The notes: generated from the letters alone by a model not told the origin. A DNA stretch of 64,000 nucleotides from Desulfobacterales bacterium (GCA_963662235.1 OY759308.1:927070-991069), one strand, 5' to 3'; shown: positions 34,411 through 44,948, counted from the first letter of the stretch. Program-made: numbers and translations.

Positions 34411-36813
34411 TAGGTCTACTTTAATCTCTTTAATAAGCTTTGTTGTAAGATGAGTGTGAAGTTTGTTAATAGCTTTATCTTTTAAAGATTTTTCGTATGA
34501 CCTGTAAATTATTCTTATAGATATACTTTTTTTGCCCTCTGGTATTGGTTTTCCTTCATAAACATCAATTATAGCTACATCTTCTATAAGGTTTTCGTTA
34601 AGACTTTCTATATATTTTAGTATATCATTAACAGGCATTTTTTTATCAGAGATAAGTGTTATATCTCTTGCAATTGATGGATATTTGGAAATAGGGGAGT
34701 CTTGTCTTTTAAAAGTTATTAGAGTTAGCAATGTGGAGAGGTCAATTTCTGCAATGTAGGTTTTTTGTTTTATTTCGAACTTCTTTAATGTCTCGCTTTT
34801 AACTTCACCTATTTTTCCGATTAGTTTATCATTTACAAAAATAAAAGCAGAATGAGTATGTCTTAAATAGTAAGACTCTTCAGACTTAACTTTTTTAAAC
34901 TCTGGTTTGATGAAAAGAGCTTTTAAAAAAGAGTCTAAGGCTCCTTTTATGTCATAAAAATCGAATTCACGATTTTTATCGTACCAAACATTATTATTTT
35001 GTGACCCTGTTAATAAGAAGACTAAATACTCTTTTTCTTTAGGCATCTCTTCATTTGTCTTAAAAAACACTTTGCCTGTCTCAAAAAGCTTTAAGTTATT
35101 TCTACTGTTAGAAATATTGTTTTTTATACTGTAGAATATACCTGGTAAAAGAGAAGTCCTCATAACAGATTGTTCTTCTTTAAGAGGATTCGCAATTTCT
35201 ATAATATTTCGTCTTTCATCATCATCAGGAAGATTTAATTTGTCCTGAAAATCTTTATTTATAAAGCTATAGTTTATTGTTTCGGTAAAGCCATAGCCTA
35301 TTAAAATGTTTTTTATTTGGTTTTTTAAATAAAGATTCTTTTCGCTATAGATTGCATTTAAGGTAATCGTAGGAAAAGATGTAGGAATTTTATCGTAACC
35401 AGACAGTCTTGCTACTTCTTCTACTAAATCTATAGGTTTTACGATATCTGTACGAAAAGAAGGAATAGTTACTTTGATTTGATTGTCGCTTATTTTTTCA
35501 ACTTTAAACTCTATAGATTCAAGATGCTTTTTTACTTCATTTAAAGTTACACTAAGCCCCAGTATTTTTGTTATATAATCGATATTTAAAACAATCTCTT
35601 TATTTCCTTTAATTGTTTTTGTGCGACTATCAATGTGTCCTGTAATAGTTTTCCCTTCGCCCAATTTTTCAATCATTTCAGTAGCTCTATAAAGAGCTTT
35701 TAAGGTTATTTCAGGGTCAACTTCTCTTTCAATGCGGTGTGAAGCTTCGGTGTGAATAGAGAGTTTTTTTGATGTTTTTCTAATTGAAGCTGGATTAAAA
35801 TATGCACTTTCAAGCAACACTCTTTTAGTCTTATCATTAATTTCGGTATTTAACCCGCCCATAACTCCTGCTATACCAATACTTTTTTTGCCGTCACAAA
35901 TCATTAGCATATCATCGTTAAGTTCTCTTGTCTTTTCATCAAGTGTTGTGAATTTTTCTTTGTCGCAAGCTCTTTTTACAACAATTCTATTTTCTTCTAA
36001 GAGATCATAATCATAAGCATGTAAAGGTTGTCCCATCTCCATCATAACAAAATTTGTTATATCTACGATATTGTTTATTGGTTTTAAATCTAAAGATAGT
36101 AACTTTTTTTTTAACCATTCTGGAGACTCTTTTACTGTAATATCAAAAATAAGCTTAGCACAATATCTTGGGCACAATTCATCTAACACCTCAACAGATG
36201 TTAAGTTGTCTATTTCACCCTCTTTTTCATCTATTTTTATTTTAGGATACTCTACTTTTTTATCTTGAAGAGCACCAACTTCTCTTGCAATTCCTATAAT
36301 AGAAAGACAGTCCGCTCTGTTTGGTGTAAGGTCTATCTCTATTAGTGTGTCTGAAAGGTTAAGAGTTTCATTTATAGAGGAACCTATTTCGGCTTCATCG
36401 TTTAAAACTAAAATTCCACTGCTGTCATCTGATAGGGCAAGTTCTTTAGCACTTAAAAGCATACCTTCTGATTTTATGCCTCTGATTTTGCTTTTTTTTA
36501 GTTTTTGACCATCAGGCATAGTGTCGCCAGGTAGAGCGATAGGAACTTTCATTCCTTCTTTAATATTGGAAGCACCGCAAACGACTTTTAAAATCTTATC
36601 GTTTTCTATCTTAACATCGCAAAGAGAGAGTTTGTCTGCATCTGGATGAGGTTCTATTTTTAATATCTTGGCAACTTTAAAAGGTTTTAGATATTCATAA
36701 ATATTGCGAGTTGAATCAACTTCAAGTCCTACATTTGTAAGACTTTTGACCAATTCATCTGTTTCAATATTAACAGGTATATAATCTTTTAGACAGGATA
36801 AACTTATTTTCAT
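34399..36813 (-). CDS. pheT: Phenylalanine--tRNA ligase beta subunit
   Basis: 804 aa. N-terminal tRNA-binding domain (VKILKIEPHPDADKLSLCDV), B3/4 and B5 domains, and a C-terminal FDX-ACB domain. Lies directly downstream of pheS. Confidence 0.95.
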   Translation of the reverse strand: MKISLSCLKDYIPVNIETDELVKSLTNVGLEVDSTRNIYEYLKPFKVAKILKIEPHPDADKLSLCDVKIENDKILKVVCGASNIKEGMKVPIALPGDTMPDGQKLKKSKIRGIKSEGMLLSAKELALSDDSSGILVLNDEAEIGSSINETLNLSDTLIEIDLTPNRADCLSIIGIAREVGALQDKKVEYPKIKIDEKEGEIDNLTSVEVLDELCPRYCAKLIFDITVKESPEWLKKKLLSLDLKPINNIVDITNFVMMEMGQPLHAYDYDLLEENRIVVKRACDKEKFTTLDEKTRELNDDMLMICDGKKSIGIAGVMGGLNTEINDKTKRVLLESAYFNPASIRKTSKKLSIHTEASHRIEREVDPEITLKALYRATEMIEKLGEGKTITGHIDSRTKTIKGNKEIVLNIDYITKILGLSVTLNEVKKHLESIEFKVEKISDNQIKVTIPSFRTDIVKPIDLVEEVARLSGYDKIPTSFPTITLNAIYSEKNLYLKNQIKNILIGYGFTETINYSFINKDFQDKLNLPDDDERRNIIEIANPLKEEQSVMRTSLLPGIFYSIKNNISNSRNNLKLFETGKVFFKTNEEMPKEKEYLVFLLTGSQNNNVWYDKNREFDFYDIKGALDSFLKALFIKPEFKKVKSEESYYLRHTHSAFIFVNDKLIGKIGEVKSETLKKFEIKQKTYIAEIDLSTLLTLITFKRQDSPISKYPSIARDITLISDKKMPVNDILKYIESLNENLIEDVAIIDVYEGKPIPEGKKSISIRIIYRSYEKSLKDKAINKLHTHLTTKLIKEIKVDLPPE

Positions 36814-36815
36814 TA

Positions 36816-37835
36816 TTAAAAATTATTTAGAAATTTTATATCGTTATAATAGAATTTTCTTATGTCATCTATATCGTATTTTAGCATTGCAATTCTTTCT
36901 GCTCCTACACCGAACGCAAAACCTTGATATTTAGATGTATCATAATTTACATTTTTAAGTACATTTGGATGAACCATACCAGAACCGAGTATTTCAAGCC
37001 ACCCACTGTTAGAACAAATTCTACACCCTTTACCTTTACATTTTACACACTCAATATCTACTTCAGCACTGGGTTCTGTAAAAGGGAAAAAGCTTGGACG
37101 AAATCTTAACTTTATATCTTTATCAAAAATTTTTCTAACAAGTAGTGTTAAAATTCCTTTAAGATCAGAAAAAGTTATATTTTCATCAATCATCAAACCT
37201 TCAATCTGATGAAACATAGGAGTATGTGTTATATCAGAATCACAGCGATAAACTTTACCCGGAGCTATTACTCTTATAGGAGGCTTTCTATTCGCCATTG
37301 CCCTTATTTGCATAGGGGAAGTGTGTGTTCTTAAAACCAAATTTTCGGATATATAAAAAGTATCCTGCATATCTCTTGCTGGATGATTTTTAGGGAAATT
37401 GAGTGCTTCAAAGTTATAATAGTCCGACTCTATTTCAGGACCTTCTAAAACTTCAAAACCAAGACGAGAAAAGAATATAATGATTTCTTCCATAACTTGC
37501 GAGATGGGATGAAGTGAACCTCTTTTTAGTTTTCTCCCTTCTAATGTTATATCAATTGAAGTTTCATCGTCGCCTTTTTCTTTTAACTCTTTTATTTTAG
37601 ATTGTATGCTCTCTTGAATTTCTTGTTTTAAATCGTTGGCGAGTTTACCTGCGTATGGTTTTTCTTCTTCTGGAAGGTTCTTTATATTTTTTAAAAAAAG
37701 AGAAATCTCTCCTTTTTTCCCAAGATACTCTTTATATACACTATTTATATCTAATTCTGTAAGAGCGTTTCCAATTTTTAGACCAGCCTCTTCTTTTAAC
37801 AGATTTAGTTTATTTATTGTAGGAGTTTTGGACAT
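36816..37835 (-). CDS. pheS: Phenylalanine--tRNA ligase alpha subunit
   Basis: HPARDMQDTFY, LRTHTSPMQIR and FRPSFFPFTEPSAEVD class II motifs. Confidence 0.95.
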   Translation of the reverse strand: MSKTPTINKLNLLKEEAGLKIGNALTELDINSVYKEYLGKKGEISLFLKNIKNLPEEEKPYAGKLANDLKQEIQESIQSKIKELKEKGDDETSIDITLEGRKLKRGSLHPISQVMEEIIIFFSRLGFEVLEGPEIESDYYNFEALNFPKNHPARDMQDTFYISENLVLRTHTSPMQIRAMANRKPPIRVIAPGKVYRCDSDITHTPMFHQIEGLMIDENITFSDLKGILTLLVRKIFDKDIKLRFRPSFFPFTEPSAEVDIECVKCKGKGCRICSNSGWLEILGSGMVHPNVLKNVNYDTSKYQGFAFGVGAERIAMLKYDIDDIRKFYYNDIKFLNNF

Positions 37836-37954
37836 AATGATTTTAGTGAAAAAAATTTAAATTATAAAAACATCAATTTTTGGCAATTTTGCTCAAAATT
37901 TAGAAAAACTTTTAAGATAACGCTAAGTAAAATCTTATTTTATGTGCAAAACTT

Positions 37955-38308
37955 TTATTGTAGCTTTGATTGTGATATTTTTACTATTTCTTTAAAAGTA
38001 TCTGGCTCTGAAATGGAAAGATTGGAGAGCATTTTTCTATCTATGTCTACGTTAGCAAGCTTCAAACCATACATAAATTGATTATAACTAAGCCCTTCTT
38101 TTCTTACTCCAGCATTTATTCTTGTAATCCATAGAGCTCTAAATTCTCTTTTTTTAACTTTTCTATCTCTGTATGCGTAACTTAGAGACTTTGCAACAGC
38201 ATCGGCAGCAGTTCTAAAAAGTTTACTTCTGCCACCTCTAAACCCTTTTGCAAGGTTTAAAATTTTTTTTCTTCTATTTTTTGCTTTATAACTTCTTTTA
38301 ACACGCAT
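37955..38308 (-). CDS. rplT: 50S ribosomal protein L20
   Basis: MRVKRSYKAKNRRKKILNLAKGFRG... Confidence 0.95.
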   Translation of the reverse strand: MRVKRSYKAKNRRKKILNLAKGFRGGRSKLFRTAADAVAKSLSYAYRDRKVKKREFRALWITRINAGVRKEGLSYNQFMYGLKLANVDIDRKMLSNLSISEPDTFKEIVKISQSKLQ

Positions 38309-38323
38309 TTTTAATTCCTTTAA

Positions 38324-38521
38324 CTAACTATTTGGCAGAAGTGCTTTAACTTGTTTCATATTAGACGCATCTATAATTTGCCCTTTTCTTAGAGTTCTTT
38401 TTCTCTTAGCACTTTTTTTTGTTAAAATATGATTTTTATTTGCTTTTTTATATACAAACTTTCCTGAGCCCGTTTTTTTAAATCTTTTTGCAGCACCTCT
38501 GTTTGTTTTCATTTTAGGCAT
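38324..38521 (-). CDS. rpmI: 50S ribosomal protein L35
   Basis: [21 protein letters not shown]... Confidence 0.95.
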   Translation of the reverse strand: MPKMKTNRGAAKRFKKTGSGKFVYKKANKNHILTKKSAKRKRTLRKGQIIDASNMKQVKALLPNS

Positions 38522-38573
38522 TATATTTATTTCCTTATATTATATTTCCAAGAATTTTAAACATTTATATTTT

Positions 38574-39080
38574 TTATTTCGGAGAAAGAATAGCATGAAT
38601 AGTTCTTCCTTCAAATTTTGGTTCTTCATAAATGTTTGCAACATCTTCAAAATCGAGCAAAATTTTATCAAGCATCTCTTTCCCTTTGGTTGAAAGAATT
38701 ATTTCACGTCCTTTAAACATTACAGTAACTTTAACTCTATGCTTTTTTGAAAGGAACTTTCTTATATGATTTTTTTTTGTATTTAAGTCGTTTTGTTCAG
38801 TACTAGGGCGAAACTTAATTTCCTTAACTTGTGTAACTGTTTGTTTTTTTGTCTGTTTTTGCTTAGTTTGCTTGTACTTATGCTTACCATAATCCATTAT
38901 CTTACAAACAGGTGGATTAGAGTCTGGTGCAACTTCGACTAAATCTAATTTTAAATTTTTGGCTTTACTAATAGCATCCTGTAAGGACAAAACACCAAGC
39001 TGACTTCCGTCATCGCCTATTAGCCTGACGTTATCGGCTTGAATTTTATTATTAATCCTTATTTTATCTTTCTTACTTAT
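38574..39080 (-). CDS. infC: Translation initiation factor IF-3, with a non-canonical ATA start
   Basis: The track ORF (38574..38990, TTG) lacks the conserved N-terminus. The frame stays open upstream and reads ISKKDKIRINNKIQADNVRLIGDDGSQLGVLSLQDA, the canonical IF3 N-domain. An ATA at 39080-39078 lies 4 nt after AGGAGGA. No ATG, GTG or TTG is available. Confidence 0.85.
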   Translation of the reverse strand: MSKKDKIRINNKIQADNVRLIGDDGSQLGVLSLQDAISKAKNLKLDLVEVAPDSNPPVCKIMDYGKHKYKQTKQKQTKKQTVTQVKEIKFRPSTEQNDLNTKKNHIRKFLSKKHRVKVTVMFKGREIILSTKGKEMLDKILLDFEDVANIYEEPKFEGRTIHAILSPK

Positions 39081-39237
39081 TTTATCCTCCTAATTTTCTA
39101 AATTATTACTTATATAAATGATAAGATTTCAATAATCTTGATATCTTCTAATTTAAGAAAATCAGAATAACTAAGTAACTTTTTTTTAAAATTCAAGTAA
39201 TATTTTTATATTTTTAAAAACAGAAGTAAAAAAATAT

Positions 39238-39266
39238 TTGACTTTGTATATTGATGTACATAAGCT
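39238..39266 (+). promoter_or_regulatory. Possible promoter of the rpsL operon
   Basis: TTGACT (39238-39243), a 17-nt spacer, then TAAGCT (39261-39266). It is followed by a leader of about 130 nt with a GCCGT...ACGGC hairpin. Confidence 0.3.
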
Positions 39267-39399
39267 TAAACGTTTTTATCAGCGAGAAGAGTGCCGTAAG
39301 CCCTGTATTCAAGGGTTTCCACGGCTTAAAGCTAAAGTTTTGCATATGCTAAAAAGAGCGTATGAAAAATTTTAAATATAAAATTTTGAGATTAAAAAT

Positions 39400-39771
39400 A
39401 TGGCTACAATTAATCAATTAGTTAGAAAAGGCAGAAAAAAAGCAGTAAAAAAAACAAATGTTCCTGCGCTTAAAAGTTGCCCTCAAAAAAAAGGAGTTTG
39501 TACTCGTGTTTATACTACAACTCCTAAGAAGCCAAATTCTGCTTTAAGAAAAGTTGCAAGGGTTCGTCTTACAAGTGGTGCGGAAATTACCGCATACATA
39601 CCAGGTATTGGACACAATTTGCAAGAGCACTCGACTGTTCTTGTAAGGGGAGGTAGAGTTAAAGACCTTCCAGGTGTTAGATATCATATTGTTAGAGGAG
39701 CTTTAGATACTTTGGGTGTAGATAATAGAAAACAAGGTAGGTCAAAATATGGTGCAAAGAAGCCAAAATAA
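39400..39771 (+). CDS. rpsL: 30S ribosomal protein S12
   Basis: [14 protein letters not shown]...[14 protein letters not shown]. Confidence 0.97.
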   Translation: MATINQLVRKGRKKAVKKTNVPALKSCPQKKGVCTRVYTTTPKKPNSALRKVARVRLTSGAEITAYIPGIGHNLQEHSTVLVRGGRVKDLPGVRYHIVRGALDTLGVDNRKQGRSKYGAKKPK

Positions 39772-40255
39772 GAGCTTTTCTAATACAAAAACTTTAGAAA
39801 GTTTAAAGTTAAAGGGAGTTGTTCCAGACACCAAATATGGTAGTCTCCTGCTCTCTAAGTTTATAAACAATGTTATGAAAGAAGGCAAAAAAAGTCTGGC
39901 AGAAAAGATTTGCTATGAAGCTTTACGTATAGCTGAAGAGAAGAGCAAAGAACCTGCTTTAAGCCTTTTTGAAAAAGTAATTACCAATGTAAGCCCTGAA
40001 GTTGAAGTTAAATCTAGAAGAATAGGGGGTTCTACGTATCAAGTTCCTGTTGAAGTTCGTCCAGATAGAAAGGTCGCACTTGCAATAAGATGGATTATCT
40101 CTTTTGCGAAAAAAAGACAGGGAAACAGTATGGCTGAAAAACTCGCCTTTGAATTTTTAGATGCCGCTTCTAAAAAAGGAGCATCTGTTAAGAAAAAAGA
40201 AGATACGCACAAAATGGCAGAAGCCAATAAAGCTTTTGCTCATTATAGATGGTAA
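39749..40255 (+). CDS. rpsG: 30S ribosomal protein S7 (start overlaps the rpsL 3' end)
   Basis: ...[19 protein letters not shown]...[13 protein letters not shown]...[13 protein letters not shown]. The only ATG or GTG in frame lies inside rpsL (39749 or 39752). Confidence 0.9.
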   Translation: MVQRSQNKSFSNTKTLESLKLKGVVPDTKYGSLLLSKFINNVMKEGKKSLAEKICYEALRIAEEKSKEPALSLFEKVITNVSPEVEVKSRRIGGSTYQVPVEVRPDRKVALAIRWIISFAKKRQGNSMAEKLAFEFLDAASKKGASVKKKEDTHKMAEANKAFAHYRW

Positions 40256-40280
40256 ATTTTACTGTAGGAGGTAAATAAAT

Positions 40281-41474
40281 ATGGCTAAGGAAAAGTTTGA
40301 CAGGAGTAAACCTCACGTTAACGTAGGAACAATAGGTCACATTGACCATGGAAAGACTACTTTAACAGCAGCTATAACTAAATTATGTGGACTAAAAGGT
40401 ATGGCTAATTTTGTACCTTTTGATAAAATAGATTCTGCACCTGAGGAGCGTGAGCGTGGAATAACAATAGCAACAGCTCATGTTGAGTATGAGACAGCTA
40501 AACGTCACTATGCTCATGTGGATTGTCCTGGTCATGCTGACTATATTAAGAATATGATAACAGGAGCTGCTCAAATGGACGGAGCAGTATTGGTAGTTAG
40601 TGCAGATGATGGTCCTATGCCTCAAACAAGAGAGCATATTCTTTTGGCACGTCAAGTAGGTGTTCCAAATATAGTAGTTTTTCTAAACAAGTGCGATATG
40701 GTTGATGATGAAGAATTAATTGAACTTGTAGAGATGGAACTTAGAGAGCTTTTAAGTAAATATGAATTTGATGGCGATAATATAACAATTGTTCGTGGTA
40801 GTGCATTAAAGGCGTTAGAGTCAGACGATGCTGATTCTGCTGAAGCAAAACCTATCTTTGAACTTTTAGATGCAATTGATGCAAATATACCAGAGCCTGT
40901 AAGAGATAAAGATAAGCCATTTCTTATGCCAATAGAAGATGTATTCACTATTTCTGGACGTGGTACAGTTGTAACAGGTAGAGTAGACAGAGGAGTTATC
41001 AAGACAGGTGATGAAATAGAGATAGTTGGTATTCATAACACTGCTAAGACTACTTGTACAGGTGTTGAGATGTTTAGAAAGATTCTCGACACAGGAGAAG
41101 CAGGGGACAATGTAGGTCTTCTTCTTCGTGGTACAAAGAGAGAAGATGTAGAGCGTGGTCAAGTTGTAGCTGCTCCAGGAACTATTACACCGCACACTAA
41201 ATTTAAAGCAGAAATATATGTATTAAGTAAAGATGAAGGTGGTCGTCACACCCCATTTTTTTCAGGATATCGTCCTCAGTTTTTTTTCAGAACAACGGAT
41301 GTTACCGGTATTTTAAAGCTTCCTGAGGGAGTAGAAATGGTTATGCCTGGCGACAGTATAACTATTGAGGCAGAACTTATTGCCCCTATCGCAATGGAAA
41401 AAGAGCTTCGTTTTGCTATCCGTGAAGGTGGTAAAACTGTTGGAGCTGGTGTTATTGTTGAGATTGTAGAATAG
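40281..41474 (+). CDS. tuf: Elongation factor Tu
   Basis: [33 protein letters not shown]...DCPGHADY...NKCD. Confidence 0.98.
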   Translation: MAKEKFDRSKPHVNVGTIGHIDHGKTTLTAAITKLCGLKGMANFVPFDKIDSAPEERERGITIATAHVEYETAKRHYAHVDCPGHADYIKNMITGAAQMDGAVLVVSADDGPMPQTREHILLARQVGVPNIVVFLNKCDMVDDEELIELVEMELRELLSKYEFDGDNITIVRGSALKALESDDADSAEAKPIFELLDAIDANIPEPVRDKDKPFLMPIEDVFTISGRGTVVTGRVDRGVIKTGDEIEIVGIHNTAKTTCTGVEMFRKILDTGEAGDNVGLLLRGTKREDVERGQVVAAPGTITPHTKFKAEIYVLSKDEGGRHTPFFSGYRPQFFFRTTDVTGILKLPEGVEMVMPGDSITIEAELIAPIAMEKELRFAIREGGKTVGAGVIVEIVE

Positions 41475-41491
41475 GAGAATTTATAAATATT

Positions 41492-41800
41492 ATGATTAAA
41501 TCTCAAATTAGAATAAATTTAAAAGCTTATGACCATACTCTTTTGGACAGAGCTACTCTTGATATAATAGGGACAGCAAGAAAAACGGGCGCTAATGTGT
41601 TAGGTCCAATACCGCTTCCTACTAAAATAAATAAATTTTGTGTGCTTCGTTCTCCTCATGTTGATAAAAAATCAAGAGAACAATTTGAGATTCGCACCCA
41701 TAAGAGATTTTTAGATATTTTAGAACCAACTCAACAAACTGTTGATGCTCTTATGAAATTAGAATTGTCACCTGGTATAGATGTAGAAATAAAATTATAA
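41492..41800 (+). CDS. rpsJ: 30S ribosomal protein S10
   Basis: [14 protein letters not shown]...[19 protein letters not shown]. Confidence 0.95.
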   Translation: MIKSQIRINLKAYDHTLLDRATLDIIGTARKTGANVLGPIPLPTKINKFCVLRSPHVDKKSREQFEIRTHKRFLDILEPTQQTVDALMKLELSPGIDVEIKL

Positions 41801-41802
41801 TC

Positions 41803-41837
41803 AGAGCTTTTAAGTTTAAGTAAGAAGCTTTTTTTAT
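41803..41837 (+). terminator. Terminator/attenuator-like hairpin between rpsJ and rplC
   Basis: AGCTTTTA...TAAGAAGCT imperfect stem followed by TTTTTTTATTT, within an unusually long (86 nt) rpsJ-rplC spacer. Confidence 0.35.
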
Positions 41838-41886
41838 TTAAACAAAATTAACTGTTCATAAATTTTTGTATAAAAAGAAGTAAATC

Positions 41887-42513
41887 ATGGTTAATGGAAT
41901 TATAGGAAAAAAACTTGGAATGACAGGTATTTATTCTGTTGAAGGAAAATACTTACCTGTAACTGTTATTGAAGTTGGTCCTTGTTTTGTCGTTCAAGTT
42001 AAAACTTTAAAAAAAGATGGTTATGAGGCAGTTCAGCTGGGTTTTATTGAAGAGAAGAAAGACAAGAATGTTAATAAACCATTGAAGGGACATTTTAAAA
42101 AAACAGGCCTAAACAAGAATTTTAAGTTTTTAAAAGAGTTTAAAAGCGATAAAATAGACGAAGTTGAAGTTGGACAAAAAATGTCTGCAGATGTTTTTAA
42201 AGTGGGAGACAAGATTGTTGTTAAAGGGGTAACTAAAGGTAGAGGTTTTGCTGGGGTTATAAAAAGACATGGTTTTGCTGGTGGTCCTGCTTCTCATGGT
42301 AGTCACAGTCATAGAATACCAGGTGCAGTTGGAGCATGTGCTACTCCTTCCAAGATTTCAAAAGGAAAAAAAATGCCGGGTCATTATGGTAATGATTTGA
42401 AGAGTATTTTAAACCTTAAAATAGTTGATTTAAGACTTGAAGATAATCTTGTTTTTGTAAAAGGCGCAGTGCCTGGTCCTGTAAATGGTATTCTTGAGTT
42501 AAAGAAAAGGTAA
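41887..42513 (+). CDS. rplC: 50S ribosomal protein L3
   Basis: GIIGKKLGMT...GVTKGRGFAGVIKRHGF. Confidence 0.95.
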   Translation: MVNGIIGKKLGMTGIYSVEGKYLPVTVIEVGPCFVVQVKTLKKDGYEAVQLGFIEEKKDKNVNKPLKGHFKKTGLNKNFKFLKEFKSDKIDEVEVGQKMSADVFKVGDKIVVKGVTKGRGFAGVIKRHGFAGGPASHGSHSHRIPGAVGACATPSKISKGKKMPGHYGNDLKSILNLKIVDLRLEDNLVFVKGAVPGPVNGILELKKR

Positions 42514-42536
42514 TTAATTTAGTTTGAGAGGAAAAA

Positions 42537-43154
42537 ATGGCTCTTATTGATGTTAAAAATATTGCAGGCGAAAAAGTAAAAGAAATTGAGCTTGATGATG
42601 ATATATATTGTGTAGATGTAAAAAAACATATTCTTTATGATGTTGTTAAAATGCAGCTTGCAAAAAAAAGAAGCGGTACAAGTAGTGTTAAAAACAGAGG
42701 AGACATTACTGGAAGCACAAGAAAACTCTTTCGTCAAAAAGGGACAGGTAATGCGAGAGCAGGAAGTATAAAATCACCTCTTAGAAGAGGTGGAGGTGTT
42801 ATTTTTGGACCTGTTGTTAAATCGTATGCATATAAAGTACCTAAGAAAATTAGCAAGCTTGGTTTAAAGATGGCATTAAGTTCTAAACTTAATAACTCTT
42901 CTCTTACTATATTAGAAAAGTTTGATTACGAGGATATTAAGACAAAGAACTTTGTACAATTTATGAACAACTTCAATTTTAAAAAAGTTCTTGTCGTTTC
43001 TAATGAAGAGAATGCTAATTTAAAATTGTCTGCAAGAAATGTAAAAGATGTTAAAGTTATACAAGTAGAAGGTTTAAATGTTTTTGATATTTTAAAGTAT
43101 AACGATTTAGTTTTACTTGAATCTTCTCTTGAAGCTATTAATAAAAGATTTTAA
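42537..43154 (+). CDS. rplD: 50S ribosomal protein L4
   Basis: RQKGTGNARAGSIKSPLRRGGGVIFGP. Confidence 0.95.
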   Translation: MALIDVKNIAGEKVKEIELDDDIYCVDVKKHILYDVVKMQLAKKRSGTSSVKNRGDITGSTRKLFRQKGTGNARAGSIKSPLRRGGGVIFGPVVKSYAYKVPKKISKLGLKMALSSKLNNSSLTILEKFDYEDIKTKNFVQFMNNFNFKKVLVVSNEENANLKLSARNVKDVKVIQVEGLNVFDILKYNDLVLLESSLEAINKRF

Positions 43155-43188
43155 AAATTTTTTATTAAATTAATGGAACAAAACAGTT

Positions 43189-43476
43189 ATGAATCAATAT
43201 GATATATTAATAAAGCCTATAAATACTGAAAAAAGCAATCTACAAAGAGAAATGCATAATCAGTATTCTTTTGAAGTGCATCCTCTTGCTAATAGACTTG
43301 ATATTAAAAATGCGTTGCAACGTATTTTTGGAGTTAAAGTTAAAGCTGTTAACACAATTAATATGAAGGGCAAGGTCAAAAGAAGAGGTAAGATTCTTGG
43401 TAAGAGAAAGAATTGGAAGAAAGCTATTGTCAGCTTGGAAAAGAACGAAAAAATTGACTTTTTTGACGGAGTATAA
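43189..43476 (+). CDS. rplW: 50S ribosomal protein L23
   Basis: YDILIKPINTEKS...FEVHPLANRLDIKNALQRIFGVKV. Confidence 0.93.
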   Translation: MNQYDILIKPINTEKSNLQREMHNQYSFEVHPLANRLDIKNALQRIFGVKVKAVNTINMKGKVKRRGKILGKRKNWKKAIVSLEKNEKIDFFDGV

Positions 43477-43485
43477 AGTTTTAAA

Positions 43486-44310
43486 ATGGCTATAAAAAAG
43501 ACTAAACCGACATCACCAGCAAGAAGATTTCAAGAATACTCTCTTTTTGAAGATGTTACCACAAATAAGCCTGAGAAAAGTTTATTAACAAAATTAAAAA
43601 AAACAGGCGGTAGAAATGTATATGGTCGTATAACTTGTAGGTATAAAGGTGGCGGTTCTAAAAGACTATATAGAAAAATAGATTTTAAAAGAGATAAAAT
43701 TGATATTCCTGCAAAAGTTAAAAGTATTGAATACGATCCTAATAGAAATGCAAGAATAGCTCTTTTATTTTATGCGGATGGCGAAAAAAGATATATACTT
43801 GCTCCTTTAAACTTAAATGTTGGTGATACTGTAGAGGCAGGAGAAAAAGTAGAAATTAAACCTGGTAATTCACTTCCACTAATCAATATCCCACTTGGTA
43901 CACAAATACACAATATAGAGCTTAATTATAATAAAGGTGGTCAGATTGTAAGAAGTGCAGGTACTTTTGCTCAACTTATGGCAAAAGAAAAAAAATATGC
44001 ATTAATAAAATTACCATCTGGTGAAGTTAGAATGGTTTTGCTAAAATGCAGAGCTTCTATAGGTCGTGTCGGCAATTTAGAATATGAAAATATTAAAATC
44101 GGTAAAGCAGGTAGAAGCAGATGGAAAGGGATTCGTCCTCATGTAAGAGGTGTAGCTAAAAACCCTGTAGACCATCCTATGGGTGGAGGTGAAGGTAGAT
44201 CTTCTGGTGGTAGACATCCTTGTACCCCATGGGGTAAGCCTACTAAAGGTTACAAGACAAGAACGAATAAAGTTACTGATCGTTATATAGTTAAGAGAAG
44301 GAAAGGATAA
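43486..44310 (+). CDS. rplB: 50S ribosomal protein L2
   Basis: [14 protein letters not shown]...[22 protein letters not shown]. Confidence 0.97.
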   Translation: MAIKKTKPTSPARRFQEYSLFEDVTTNKPEKSLLTKLKKTGGRNVYGRITCRYKGGGSKRLYRKIDFKRDKIDIPAKVKSIEYDPNRNARIALLFYADGEKRYILAPLNLNVGDTVEAGEKVEIKPGNSLPLINIPLGTQIHNIELNYNKGGQIVRSAGTFAQLMAKEKKYALIKLPSGEVRMVLLKCRASIGRVGNLEYENIKIGKAGRSRWKGIRPHVRGVAKNPVDHPMGGGEGRSSGGRHPCTPWGKPTKGYKTRTNKVTDRYIVKRRKG

Positions 44311-44312
44311 TC

Positions 44313-44597
44313 ATGCCAAGATCTTTAAAAAAAGGTCCGTTTGTTGATGAGCATCTTTTAAAAAAAATAAGAAAAGCTCAAGAGACTCGCAGTAAAAAAG
44401 TTATAAAAAGTTGGTCACGTCGCTCTACCATAATACCAGAAATGGTAGGAGTTACGATAGGTGTTAATAACGGTAAAAAATTTATTCCTGTTTTTATAGC
44501 TGAAGATATGGTTGGACATAAGCTTGGTGAATTTTCGCCAACTAGAACATACTATGGGCATGCAGTTGATAAAAAATCAAAAGTAAAAAAGAAATAG
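44313..44597 (+). CDS. rpsS: 30S ribosomal protein S19
   Basis: [18 protein letters not shown]...[14 protein letters not shown]. Confidence 0.97.
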   Translation: MPRSLKKGPFVDEHLLKKIRKAQETRSKKVIKSWSRRSTIIPEMVGVTIGVNNGKKFIPVFIAEDMVGHKLGEFSPTRTYYGHAVDKKSKVKKK

Positions 44598-44612
44598 GTA
44601 TTAAGTGATATT

Positions 44613-44948
44613 ATGCAAGAAGTAAAAGCTCAGTCAAAATATATAAAGACATCTGTTAAAAAAGTTCAAAAAATTATAGATGTAGTAAAAGGCAAAAAAG
44701 TAGAAGTCGCACTTGATACACTCAAATTTATGCCTCAAAAAGCAGCAGCTGCTGTTAATAAAACACTGCGTTCTGCAATGGCAAATGCAACAAACAATAA
44801 CAATTTAGATTTAGATACAATGCAAGTTAGTAATATAATTGTTGATCAAGGTCCTTCTTTAAAACGTTTTAGGGCAAGGGCAAGAGGTAGAGGTTCGAAA
44901 ATTTTAAAGAGGACAAGTCACATAACAGTAGTTATTAGTGGCAAATAA
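44613..44948 (+). CDS. rplV: 50S ribosomal protein L22
   Basis: Position between rpsS and rpsC; ...LKRFRARARGRGSKILKRTSHITVV. Confidence 0.93.
   Translation: MQEVKAQSKYIKTSVKKVQKIIDVVKGKKVEVALDTLKFMPQKAAAAVNKTLRSAMANATNNNNLDLDTMQVSNIIVDQGPSLKRFRARARGRGSKILKRTSHITVVISGK

Noticed and set aside
40392-41506. Several 76-116-aa minus-strand ORFs inside tuf, and similar antisense or out-of-frame ORFs inside aprA, qmoA/B, pheT, secY, rpsC, rplE, gatA and others
   Set aside because: All overlap highly conserved, confidently identified genes on the opposite strand or in another frame, and they have low-complexity or implausible sequences. They are shadow ORFs.
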